A DNA stretch of 38,824 nt. Origin: Octopus bimaculoides. Its lineage: Eukaryota. Shown piece after piece: positions 22,036 to 33,622 of the stretch (positions are counted from its first letter, which is position 1; each line of letters opens with the position of its first letter). The DNA lies in NCBI RefSeq assembly GCF_001194135.2, contig NC_068985.1, positions 105,216,195 to 105,255,018 on the forward strand, given 5' to 3'. The position numbers and the translations under genes are program-made. Under the pieces are notes generated by a model. The model saw nothing but the letters and a program-made list of their open reading frames with translations, searched no databases and was not told the origin of the DNA.

Positions 22036-22759
22036 TTGTAAAATTAATTTCTTCCAAAGGAGCAAGTTAATATGAATAAAGGAAGCAAATGAATGAGTGT
22101 GACATTGAAATCTTCCTCAAGGACGAATTTTCAGTACAGTAAAAATAATATATTACCCTCATAACATTTTAATAAGAGATTTCATCAAATAATCTTTTGT
22201 TCTATTATGTACTTTTAAAATTATTCTGAAATTTTTTTTGAAATTTTAAGAATCTCAGTTATTGATTAAATAAAGAATTAACCTTGTGAACAGAAAAAGA
22301 ATATTCTCTATTTGTAGACAATGTATTTTCCCCAACTAACAATCAATTGGTTTCTATTATGCCATGATAATTAATTGGCCAATTTCTCTAATTACCCGTT
22401 AATTATTGTGAATAGGTTCTGAAATATTATCTGCGTTTACAACCATCATTATTTCTTGTTAATTGATTTATTACAATGAAATAACCCATGGGAGAGAAAC
22501 AGTAGCAGAATCTCCCTCAAATTATATGTTGTAAGTCTTAAAAAAAAAATGAACGCACTAGAAGCCTGAAAACAAAAAGACTGGAACGTCTTTGATCATG
22601 GGCCCATGGAGGGATAAACAACAAGACTAAAATAAAAAGTCATTGAAAACTTAACACTTGGTAACAACTCTATTTTCCTACTCTAAAATCATTTTAGGGT
22701 GGAAAGATACAGAGGAAACATACATGTTAAATAAATGAAATAGCACGATTTTAATTTAT

Positions 22760-24345
22760 TTGTATCTGGCAGAGACAAAATTGATCCCCAAATGCAGGAC
22801 CACCCACATGACAAAAAACTACCGGCCAATTGCATGCCAGAACTTAATGTACAAAATATATACAGCATGTTTAAACCTCTTCCTCCAGGACCATTGTGAA
22901 ACTAATAACATTATCACAGCAGAACAATCAGCTGGGAAGAAGGGAGTAATTGTTATTCAACAAAACGGTGATGTCAGAGGTGCGAGAGCATAGAAGGAAC
23001 CTAGTTTCAATGTGGCTAGACTACAAGAATGCCCTTGACTATGTTCCCCACTCATGGATGCTAGAAGCTCTTCAACTTGCTAAAGTTCGAGTGAGAATAA
23101 TCAAAGTCATAGCTGACCTGACTTCATCGTGGGCCACCATCTTGAAATTAAACACGAAAAGTGACTGTATTATCACCGATAGAATACAATATCGCAAAGG
23201 CATATTCCAAGGAGATAGCGTCTCTGCGATGTTGTTTATACTTTCCGTAAACCCATTGTCATTTATGTTAAGGAAGTCTGAAGGATATTTCATTGGTTCA
23301 CAAGGAAACGGAAATACCAAACTTACATACTGTTTCTTTTTGGATGACTTAAAACTTTATGCAAAGAATATGCATGAGATGAAAAAGAGCCTTGACCTAG
23401 TTACAACATTCTCAAAGGATGTAGGATTGCAGTTTGGTCAGGATAAATGTTGTTATATGGTTGTGAAAAAGGGGAGGGTGGGAAACTATAAACCAGACTA
23501 GTAACATCTCCATCAACGATTTGACTGTTTCCTCTATATCTGACGAGGAATGTTACAGTTAACTAGGGGGTGGATGAAAATATATCTTACAGTTGTACCT
23601 GTAACAAAACATGTATCACTAAAGAATATTACAGTCAAATAAAGAAAATTTGGACCTCAGAACTCTCTGCATTCAATAAAACAGTGGCGTACAATGTGTT
23701 TGCAATGCCAGTACTCATACCAACATTTGGGCTGCTTGATTNNNNNNNNNNGACTAGTAACATCTCCATCAACGATTTGACTGTTTCCTCTATATCTGAC
23801 GAGGAATGTTACAGTTAACTAGGGGGTGGATGAAAATATATCTTACAGTTGTACCTGTAACAAAACATGTATCACTAAAGAATATTACAGTCAAATAAAG
23901 AAAATTTGGACCTCAGAACTCTCTGCATTCAATAANNNNNNNNNNGGGCTGCTTGATTGCACGCTTGATGAGATCCGAGCCACTGATGTGAAAACCCGAA
24001 AAATACTAACAAGCACACATAATTTCCACATAAACAGTGATGTAAAGCGCTTCTATCTAAAAAGAAAACAAGGAAGAAGAGGCTTAACATCGATCCAAAA
24101 TGCCTCTGAATGTCACATCATATCCCTTCGGCAACATCTTTTAACCATCAATCGTCGAAGTGCATCTCTTGACCAAGTTTGTGTACATGAGGCTGATAAC
24201 ATCATAAGACTTGGAAGGCAGCTCCTTGAGCAACACTCTTTGTCTGATAACTTAGAATACATGCCCAAAGAAGTCGCACGACACTACCGCAACGTATCAT
24301 CAGATGACAGGATGAGCCTGTATGAGCAGAAGTCTATGAAATAAC
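22760..24345 (+). mobile_element. R4/Dong-like (REL-type) non-LTR retrotransposon RT fragment, frameshifted and truncated at both ends
   Basis: LIPK...NYRPIACQNLMYK, WLDYKNALDYVPHSW, KGIFQGDSVSAMLFILSVNPLS, FFLDDLKLYAKN, FGQDKC, DVKRFYLKRKQGRRGL. Confidence 0.9.
23752..23945. other. Assembly artefact: duplicated contig overlap between two 10-N gaps
   Basis: 23752-23935 is identical to 23496-23679. The sequence after the second gap restarts with GGGCTGCTTGATT, which also ends the segment before the first gap. Confidence 0.85.
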
Positions 24346-24577
24346 TGGCCTAGGCGTCCTTATAGAAAATCAGTGGAAATTATTTACAATAAAGGTTGGC
24401 TTCGATGAGAGGAATAGGTAAAGACAGAATTTCACACATAAATCAAGTTTGGAATAGACTATAGCTGGAAAAGAAACTGTGGTCGCTGATTTAACTCACT
24501 GAGAATACACCACTGACGATATGGCATTCAACTTATTAACACATTTATGTGCACATGCACACACCTAAGTTGATGAT

Positions 24578-24595
24578 CTATCTATCTATCTATCC

Positions 24596-24660
<65 letters not shown>
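24578..24660. repeat. (TCTA)n microsatellite
   Basis: Direct reading. Confidence 0.95.
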
Positions 24661-24661
<1 letters not shown>

Positions 24662-24696
24662 TTGCAGTCTGTTCATTGTTTATCATATATATATAN

Positions 24697-25332
24697 NNNN
24701 NNNNNNNNNNNNNNNNNNNNNNNNNNNNNNNNNNNNNNNNNNNNNNNNNNNNNNNNNNNNNNNNNNNNNNNNNNNNNNNNNNNNNNNNNNNNNNNNNNNN
24801 NNNNNNNNNNNNNNNNNNNNNNNNNNNNNNNNNNNNNNNNNNNNNNNNNNNNNNNNNNNNNNNNNNNNNNNNNNNNNNNNNNNNNNNNNNNNNNNNNNNN
24901 NNNNNNNNNNNNNNNNNNNNNNNNNNNNNNNNNNNNNNNNNNNNNNNNNNNNNNNNNNNNNNNNNNNNNNNNNNNNNNNNNNNNNNNNNNNNNNNNNNNN
25001 NNNNNNNNNNNNNNNNNNNNNNNNNNNNNNNNNNNNNNNNNNNNNNNNNNNNNNNNNNNNNNNNNNNNNNNNNNNNNNNNNNNNNNNNNNNNNNNNNNNN
25101 NNNNNNNNNNNNNNNNNNNNNNNNNNNNNNNNNNNNNNNNNNNNNNNNNNNNNNNNNNNNNNNNNNNNNNNNNNNNNNNNNNNNNNNNNNNNNNNNNNNN
25201 NNNNNNNNNNNNNNNNNNNNNNNNNNNNNNNNNNNNNNNNNNNNNNNNNNNNNNNNNNNNNNNNNNNNNNNNNNNNNNNNNNNNNNNNNNNNNNNNNNNN
25301 NNNNNNNNNNNNNNNNNNNNNNNNNNNNNNNN
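24697..25332. other. Assembly gap (N run)
   Basis: N bases. Confidence 0.99.
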
Positions 25333-25940
25333 GGAGGGAGGGGGGAGAGAGGGAGAGAGGGAGAGAGGGAGAGATTGGAAGAGAGTGAGATGGGGAAATA
25401 TAATAATGAAGTAGAGAGAATGGGCGCCAATGGAGTAAAAATGGAATTTCTAATATGATGATTGGAACGGTAATATTGGATATAAAAGAAAGAGAGAAAG
25501 AAAAAGAAAGCGAAATTGTAGAATAGAAAATGGTGAGAATCAAAACGAGAGAGAAAGAGAGAGAGAGAGGGAAAGAGAGAGAGAGAGAAAGCGAGAGAGA
25601 GAGAGGGCATAATATTGTGTGTGTTATGTATTTATGCATTTGTGTGCTTGCTAGAAGAGAGAAAGTGAAAGAGAAGAGGAAGAGTGAGAGTAGTATGTGT
25701 GTATATGTGTGTATATGTGTGTGTCTGTGTTTGTGAGTGTATGTGTGTCAGTGACTGCGTGTGTGTGCGAGAGAGAAAGAGAGAAAGAGGAAGAGAATGA
25801 TGAGGTAGAAGAAATGAGTTTACTTGTATGTGTGTCTGTGTATGTGTGTATATGCTTGTGTGTATGTGTGTATGTGTGTATATGCTTGTGCGCATGTGTG
25901 TGTGTGTATACTTTTGAATGTGTGTATTTGCGCGAGAGAC
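25333..25940. repeat. GA-rich then TG-rich low-complexity region
   Basis: Direct reading. Confidence 0.85.
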
Positions 25941-26278
25941 AGACATAAAAAAAGGAACTGAGGCCGAAAAAAATCTTCAAAGAAAGTTAAAATAAATATA
26001 AATAAAATGACCAAAAAGTAGCCGTTTGAATTAACTGGCGAACAATAGTCAAGTTGAAGGAGAGACTAATCGAAGAACAGATGTGGGGGGGAAAAAACTA
26101 AAAGTCAAAAGAAAGCCTCAAACAAAACAAATTAGAAGTGAGGCCAAGAGAATGAAAGATAACCAATTATCGTTATTAGATTTAGTGAAGTTGAAATGAG
26201 TTTGAAATTTTTCAGACATTTGGCCGAGGAATTCTTTCAATGGAAAAGAAGAATTAGGAATTAAGTAGAGTTTTGATT

Positions 26279-26616
26279 TGTATGTATGTATGTATGTATG
26301 TATGTATGTATGTATGTATGTATATGTATGTATGCACACACACGTATGTGTATATATATATATATATATNNNNNNNNNNNNNNNNNNNNNNNNNNNNNNN
26401 NNNNNNNNNNNNNNNNNNNNNNNNNNNNNNNNNNNNNNNNNNNNNNNNNNNNNNNNNNNNNNNNNNNNNNNNNNNNNNNNNNNNNNNNNNNNNNNNNNNN
26501 NNNNNNNNNNNNNNNNNNNNNNNNNNNNNNNNNNNNNNNNNNNNNNNNNNNNNNNNNNNNNNNNNNNNNNNNNNNNNNNNNNNNNNNNNNNNNNNNNNNN
26601 NNNNNNNNNNNNNNNN

Positions 26617-26648
<32 letters not shown>

Positions 26649-26650
26649 TG
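26279..26650. repeat. (TATG)n/(TA)n flanking an N gap
   Basis: Direct reading. Confidence 0.9.
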
Positions 26651-26899
26651 CAACACCGTGAGCGTGTGTGTACGTACGGATGTAAATATGGTGGTGAGAC
26701 ATGTGTGTTGAACGAAATTACAGTATTTCACGAAATTATGGCATTAAGATGGTATCCAAAATGTAAAGAAAATAATTGATGGAGATACAGAAGGAAAGAA
26801 AATTCTAGAAATTATCTTGGATGCAACATAGAAATTACAAAATACAAAACAAAAGACAAATACGATGAAAAAATAATAGATGTACAAATGCAGGCATAT

Positions 26900-26944
<45 letters not shown>

Positions 26945-27019
26945 CAGGTATGAATGTATGTTTATGTGTGTATGTATGTATGCATGTAGGTAGATAGGTG
27001 GGTATGTATGCAGATTTGT

Positions 27020-27630
27020 TTTGTTTTTTTTCTAGATTTCTCGCCAATGGTAAAAGTGCTGGTCTCTAACCTAGATTAAAGGCACCTTTCTGGGAATTTC
27101 ATCAACATCAGCACGGCACTTGTACATGCTTGCATGCATGTATACGTGCAACTTTTTGGCACCAGAACATGTGCACCTCTACATGTATATATGCTCATAT
27201 ATATACTTGCATGCCTAGACACATGCATAGGTACTTCAATGTTAAACTCCTGGAAAGTTTCCGCAAATTTTGACAGTTCCATTTGATGGGCTTGTATCTG
27301 TAATCTTCTAATTACCTTTCTCCTTTCTGGTTTTGAGATTTCTAATTTCCCAAAATTGGTGCTGAGACAGTCTGTTAAATAATCAAATGCTCCAATAATT
27401 ACTGACTTAAATCTAAACTTGTAGACCAGATGAAGTATCTGTAAATTTCTCAATAAGTCAACATAGGTGTTTTGTGTACTGATCTTTAGCTTTATGTTGA
27501 TGTCTGCTACGAACCGGCTCCCACTACAGAACATAGTTTCTCTTCTCTTTCCCAAATCACTCTTTCTTATATAATATTTTAATTTTCTCTTTTTCCCTGA
27601 GTTTTGAAGATTTCATAGGGACATTTCACC
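27020..27630 (-). mobile_element. R4/Dong-like LINE 3' end: restriction-like endonuclease relic plus 3' UTR
   Basis: ORF 27076-27555(-) contains ADINIKLKIS...LLRNLQILH...FKSVIIGAFDYLTDCLSTN...RRLQIQA, matching the REL C-terminal pattern (..PIIIGALG..). Confidence 0.75.
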
Positions 27631-27636
27631 AGTATA

Positions 27637-28052
27637 ATATATATATATATATATATANNNNNNNNNNNNNNNNNNNNNNNNNNNNNNNNNNNNNNNNNNN
27701 NNNNNNNNNNNNNNNNNNNNNNNNNNNNNNNNNNNNNNNNNNNNNNNNNNNNNNNNNNNNNNNNNNNNNNNNNNNNNNNNNNNNNNNNNNNNNNNNNNNN
27801 NNNNNNNNNNNNNNNNNNNNNNNNNNNNNNNNNNNNNNNNNNNNNNNNNNNNNNNNNNNNNNNNNNNNNNNNNNNNNNNNNNNNNNNNNNNNNNNNNNNN
27901 NNNNNNNNNNNNNNNNNNNNNNNNNNNNNNNNNNNNNNNNNNNNNNNNNNNNNNNNNNNNNNNNNNNNNNNNNNNNNNNNNNNNNNNNNNNNNNNNNNNN
28001 NNNNNNNNNNNNNNNNNNNNNNNNNNNNNNNNNNNNNNNNNNNNNNNNNNNN

Positions 28053-28099
<47 letters not shown>

Positions 28100-28167
28100 T
28101 ATATAATATATATCCATCTATCTATCTGTCTGTCTGTCTGTCTATCTAACTATCTATCTATCTGTCA

Positions 28168-28202
<35 letters not shown>

Positions 28203-28210
28203 CATCTATC
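27637..28210. repeat. (TA)n, N gap, (TCTA)/(TCTG)n
   Basis: Direct reading. Confidence 0.9.
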
Positions 28211-28570
28211 TAATTGCGAAGATAACTCTTCATCCAGATGTCCAGGTTAATATTTGGCTCCTTCTGAAGCGTATATATATTTTATACTTAAAACTCTTTC
28301 AAACGTTATTCTGCTGATGCTATTACACTTTCACCTACGGATTACACGCAATGTGATACTATTTCAGTTTCTACAGCAGGATTACACACATTTTGAAAGA
28401 TTTATCAGAAAGTCTTTCATATAATTTGATATTGAATTTGTTTTGCCACAAATTTGATTTGGAAACCTCGTTGAAACCAATGTTGTTATATTTGGGGGAA
28501 AAAATCATAATTAATAAAGCTTGAAAAACACACACTGACACATTGTTTATCTCTGTTTTATTTCTCTTTC

Positions 28571-28957
28571 GTGGAGGCACAATGGCCCAGTGGTTAGGAC
28601 AGCGGACTCGTGGTCATAGGATTGCGGTTTCGATTCCCATACCGGGCGTTGTGAGTGTTTATTGAGCGAAAACACCTAAAGCTCCACGAGGCTCCGGCAG
28701 GGGATGGTAGCGAACCCTGCTGTACTTTTTCACCACAACTTTCTCTCACTCTTACTTCCTGTTTCTGTTGTGCCTGTAATTCAAAGGGCCAGCCTTGTCA
28801 CACTGTGTCACGCTGAATATCCCCGAGAATTATGTTAAGGGTACACGTGTGTGTGGAGTGCTCAGCCACTTGCACGTTAATTTCACGAGCAGGCTGTTCC
28901 GTTGATCGAGTCAACTGGAACCCTCGTCGTCGTAAGCGACGGAGTGCCAACAGCAAC
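28571..28957 (+). mobile_element. Young full-length SINE family B with perfect 11-bp TSD
   Basis: TSD ATTTCTCTTTC at 28560-28570 and 28958-28968. Collinear with 11265-11653. Confidence 0.93.
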
Positions 28958-29223
28958 ATTTCTCTTTCTTTTTTAAAACAGTTCCCCAAAATATTTCTCG
29001 CTACACCAGTCTGTAGCTTACTGAATGGTTACATATACTGCAAAAATATTTTCCTGACAATTTTGAAAAATAAAGATAAGTGAATAATAGACAAACGACT
29101 GGTGAGTATGTTTATGGTCTTAATCACTTGTTACTTCTTCCAAAATACAGTATTAGACCAAATAACATCAAGCTTGGGACCAGTGGTGACCTGGATTTTC
29201 CGATTCTAAGGAGATCCTGAATT

Positions 29224-29425
29224 CGAGGAGATGCTGAAAAGTTCCTGGATTTGGGTAAAAGAAAATACAGGAGGATCAGTTAGTTATAATTTTATATAAC
29301 ATATTCCCCTCATTGCAGCAGTCTTTCAGTTTTTCTAAGACCTGTAAAAGAACTCGGGAGGTTGGGTCTCCAACCCAGGCCACTCGCGATACCCTTAAAG
29401 CCAGGAGCTTTTCAGCACTCCCTCG
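29224..29425. mobile_element. Mariner-derived MITE (about 200 bp)
   Basis: Imperfect TIRs CGAGGAGATGCTGAAAAGTTCCTGGATTT and AAAGCCAGGAGCTTTTCAGCACTCCCTCG. TA on the right; TT (mutated TA) on the left. Confidence 0.85.
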
Positions 29426-30655
29426 TATATACTTAAAATACAAAATAAACTTGAAAAGTAAAGAATTAAATTGTATTTACCAGATTCAAATTAATACACG
29501 TCTAAAACAGGATTTTATTTCACAGACACAAATAAATTAATACTTAGCAGGGTATGTTTAATAAATTAATAAATTAATAAATTAATATTAGCTGGGTATG
29601 TTTAATCTTTCCCAATCCACTTAAAAAATAAAGGACAAAACTGTTTTTAACACACAGTTGCAAGTTGACCATCTTCAAAAACAAGGTGCGTTTAGTCAAT
29701 CCTGAGTACAGCATATTGCACAATATTGTACAGCATTCCCGGATTACTGGAAGCCGGATAAAAGCTCCGGTACTGTATAACTATATCTTTTATAGCATGG
29801 ATAAAATATATAAAATGTAAAGTGGGCAGTGCGACGATTCATTTTTCATCGCGCTAACCAATTGTTATGACTTTACATTATATAAATAAATTTCTCTCTT
29901 TCTATCCCGATGCTTGTCTAGGATTGAAAGCGGTGTTTGCTTCCGATAACTCTTGTTTGCAGATGGATAGCAATTTCCTACGTTTATGAAGATAGTTTCA
30001 ACTTTGTCGGCGACTCTCAGTACACATACAAGCTTATAATAACATCATCCCCGCCGACTAACATCGGAGGACAGAAAGTTTGCACGTACAATATTTCATA
30101 TAATAATCATAGCAATAATGATAGTGATGATGATATTTCCAGGAAAACATAAAAATAACTGCAAAGTCAAAAGTGATAATTTTTTTCTCTCGTATTGGCA
30201 AACGGTTGGTATTGTTAAATCTAACTTTGAGGAATTATTAAGGTCATATTGAAGGTTCCAGAAGAACAATTTAGTGGCCGCTATTTCTTTCTTTATTTTA
30301 TTATTATTTTCTTTCCTTTTTGTAATCTTTTTTTTTCTTTTGTTTTCTTGTGTATTATTTTTTTTTCTTTTACTTCTAGATTATTATTACTTACGTTCTG
30401 TCTTCATTTGATGCCAAGAATCGCAATACACTTTCCAGAAAATAAATAAATAAACGATAATGATAACGGCTATGATGATAATGGCTATAGTTGGAAGAAG
30501 GAAGCCAGGATGTCTAGGATTGGTGTTGAACGTACAACAGCCGTATGCGTGTGTACTGAGTGGGTGAGGAATAGTTTTTCACAGGAACAACGAAATAAAT
30601 ATGAAAGATTATTTTATTAATCACCACCCAGCCAATTGCAATTATGCCATTATAT

Positions 30656-30682
30656 ACTCTTCTTCTTCTTCTTCTTCTTCTT

Positions 30683-30752
<70 letters not shown>

Positions 30753-30832
30753 GTTGTTGCTGCTGCTGCTGCTGCTGCTACCGCCGTCACTGCTGCTTCT
30801 GCTACCGTTGCCACAGCCGCCACCACCACCAA
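30656..30832. repeat. Compound trinucleotide array (TCT)n-(ACT)n-(GTT/GCT)n-(ACC)n
   Basis: Direct reading. Confidence 0.95.
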
Positions 30833-31209
30833 CAGCATCTTTTCACGTTGAAATTTAAAGAAGAATCTCAGAAATATTCGGATCTGCCTGAGATATGAAA
30901 ATTAGGGAGAATTATGCTTTTGCTAGTCCGAATGCTTTTGTATAAGGCTTTTGTTCTTGCAGAAGCTACAAAAGGAGGCGATAAGGTAATAAATGAAAGA
31001 GAATGTCGTATGCTCATACAACTAAATATGAGAAGAAGATACTTTCATCTCCCACATTATTGTTGTGCTTCAATGGAATAACTAAAAGGTCAATGCAAAA
31101 AAAGCAGAGAATAAAATCTTAAATAGAAAATGAACATAGAAAGTCCACAGAAACAAAATTTCATACATTTCATTGCAAAATCTTAATGTATTCTTAATTA
31201 ACCAATATT

Positions 31210-31620
31210 CTTTCCGTTAGATTTACGAAGATACAGGCGAAAAAAGATGTGAGAAAGCCAAGAATTTTTGAGAACTCTGGAACAAAAATGCACAAAAAAG
31301 GAGTAGTGGAATTCTGGTAGGAGAAGTGCAACTTCATGAAAGAGAACAGGAATGATGTAAAGTCGTAGGACAATATGTATTGCGACAATAACAACTGCTC
31401 TATATAACTGAGTATATTAAGGCTTGTTGACATGTCCACTGGGAAATATACGGAAGTGTAAGCATACAGACCAATGATAAATATTACAGCAAAATATCAC
31501 AAGCTGTGTCCTTTGGGAAATTTCTGCCAAGAATGACAGAGACACTACTGTCAACACACCAGTTATTGTTATTAATGTTTTGGAAGACAACATTCCATCA
31601 AATAGATATGACTTCCTACT
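31210..31620 (+). mobile_element. Ancient R4/Dong-like LINE C-terminal relic
   Basis: TEYIKAC*HVHWEIYGSVSIQTNDKYY (compare EY..RH..V...HW) and, after a frameshift, LWEISAKNDRDTTVNTPVIVI (compare LWD...TD....NRPDIV). Confidence 0.5.
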
Positions 31621-31999
31621 GTTACTTACTTTACTGACTCTACTCTAACTACTCGCCAAATATCTCTTGTTTACAATTTCTCTATTAATTCCCACATGAC
31701 ATGCTCGAGAATATTGTTCCTATAGGCGTTGTGTCCGTAAACTTTGTCAAGTAGAAATGACTTGCTAGTGTTAATTGCCACAAGGCAAGCTTGTTAATAT
31801 CGGTCCTGTTGGCTTTGTGCCCGTAAAATTTGTGCGTTCGGTTTTCAGTAAGCGCGAACCTGTCAATATGTTATGTCTTGGTTGAGTGTTCAGTGTTATC
31901 TGTGTAGACAACGAGTCGAAAGTGTGAACTATGCACGTTGTTCTCACACACTGTTTTGGAAAGTAACCTCTGTTTGTACGATCTAAACTATCCATTGCT

Positions 32000-32400
32000 A
32001 TTTTCTAAAACTCATAGTGATGCATTCAGAGTAGTGCAGTCGATATCTGTTGGATAGAGGGAATCATCTGATTATATTTTAAAAGCTCTTGCATCTCTTC
32101 CTCCTCAGCACTAGTTCTACACAATCATACCGCGCATCTGATATGCATTTCGAGTCAACCATTACAGTTAACGACGGCAATATGCCCAGAAAGAACTCCC
32201 AAAACCTAGAGAACTATGGCCATTCTATCTCCATCCTATCTCTACTAGGAAATAGACAGCAACCTGGCCTAAACCATTGATATTCGTCTTTAGACACATT
32301 GATCTACCTTCCGGTTTTCAAAAGATCATAGACTTTTCATCGTTTCTATACACGGGTTGAGTTGTCAAATTTGCATTCCAAAGGACAGAAATACTCTCTG
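32000..32400 (+). mobile_element. Possible very old LINE RT fragment
   Basis: MPRKNSQNLENYGHSISILSLLGN resembles the RT motif P+PK....NYRPIS+LS.LGK. Confidence 0.3.
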
Positions 32401-33584
32401 AAAATTTACAAAGTTCAAGGGCGATCCATATACGTGGGGCGGTGTTAATGCCGCACACAAACATTCTAGATCTGTATTGCAAATAATAGACAACTGTTCG
32501 ATTGATAGGGAAAGAGTCACTAACGAACATACAACAGCCACTTATTCGTAGATTCCCTGTTTCTTCCACCTACTCGAAGCATTTTCTCTCTTGATATCAA
32601 CTGTATCTTATTTCTCAGATCCCTCACTAAACAATTGATTATTCCTCCCCAGAACGTTTGTCTACTAGATCCTCTCCTTATCTCCGTCATCCCTAGATGT
32701 CACGAGCTATAGATTCTTCAATTGAAAATCAACTACAGTTATATCTTCAGCATATGGAACGGCGAATATCATGGGTACTGTCCCTCACCCTTTGGTTAAG
32801 TAATAGAAAAACATATATAAAAATCCAAGGTCAACACACTACATTGAAATGTACGCCGTCATTATTTTGCTTCATTGTCTTCTTTGTAATAAATATTCAA
32901 TGATTCAAAGAAGAGCTTTTGCCAATGATGATTAAATTAATTAAGCATTGCAGCTCTATGAAGAGAGAGCGTGACTGAATGAATTAGTAAAGACTAGAAT
33001 TTAACTGTAAATTGTGTTAATGTTAATGAGATTTAGTAAAATTCTGAATGTTTTAATATAAAAAATCTGCAAAGTAATATCAGGAGTGTCAGATAATTAA
33101 TAGTGTTGTATCTTCGGTAAATATACTTAACTCTCGATGGCTCCTCAATTCACTTTGCTGTGAGGATGTATGGCAATGAACTTCAGTAGTTCTGCCAGAC
33201 CAGGGATTTCTTCATATTATTCAAAGTTCCTGACCGAAAGTCTTCTGGGGTCAAACAGCCAGTTGGATTTTGTCGACGCCTTGAGTTTCTCCGAGAACAC
33301 GTCACTTTTGCCACAAGTAATCTCCTATAGAATAGATCACCTTTCCTGTAAGCAGCGGAATTACTGAATAAGTGATAAGCGTTTATTTATTTTCAAGTGA
33401 TAGACTGAAATCCTTCGATGATGTAGCTGTTAGTGAAATAGGATGAACCGCGTTGACTTAAGATGCATATTTGAAGACAATGGCTTTAGTAGAGTACCAC
33501 CAACAATATTAGATTATGTTCACTGGTAGTGAACAGCTGACACCGTAGTACATCTCCAGCGTTAGAAGTTGTGCAAAGGCAATG

Positions 33585-33585
<1 letters not shown>

Positions 33586-33616
<31 letters not shown>
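33586..33616. repeat. (TAA)n, 5' flank of the Dong-like insertion
   Basis: Direct reading. Confidence 0.95.
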
Positions 33617-33617
<1 letters not shown>

Positions 33618-33622
33618 GTAAT

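Noticed and set aside
23496-23945. Tandem duplication inside the LINE
   Set aside because: 100% identical and bounded by two 10-N gaps with overlapping ends, so it is an assembly artefact.
29730-29778. Tiny Tigger-like MITE (TACAG...CTGTA)
   Set aside because: Only 5-bp terminal matches, so it cannot be supported.
30949-30992. 23-nt micro-exon (TTTTGTTCTTGCAG...AAG|GTAATA)
   Set aside because: The splice signals are plausible, but there are no partner exons, it is not frame-preserving, and such matches are common in AT-rich DNA.
33130-33360. Minus-strand RT-like words (YRKGD...)
   Set aside because: Too few conserved residues to support by eye.
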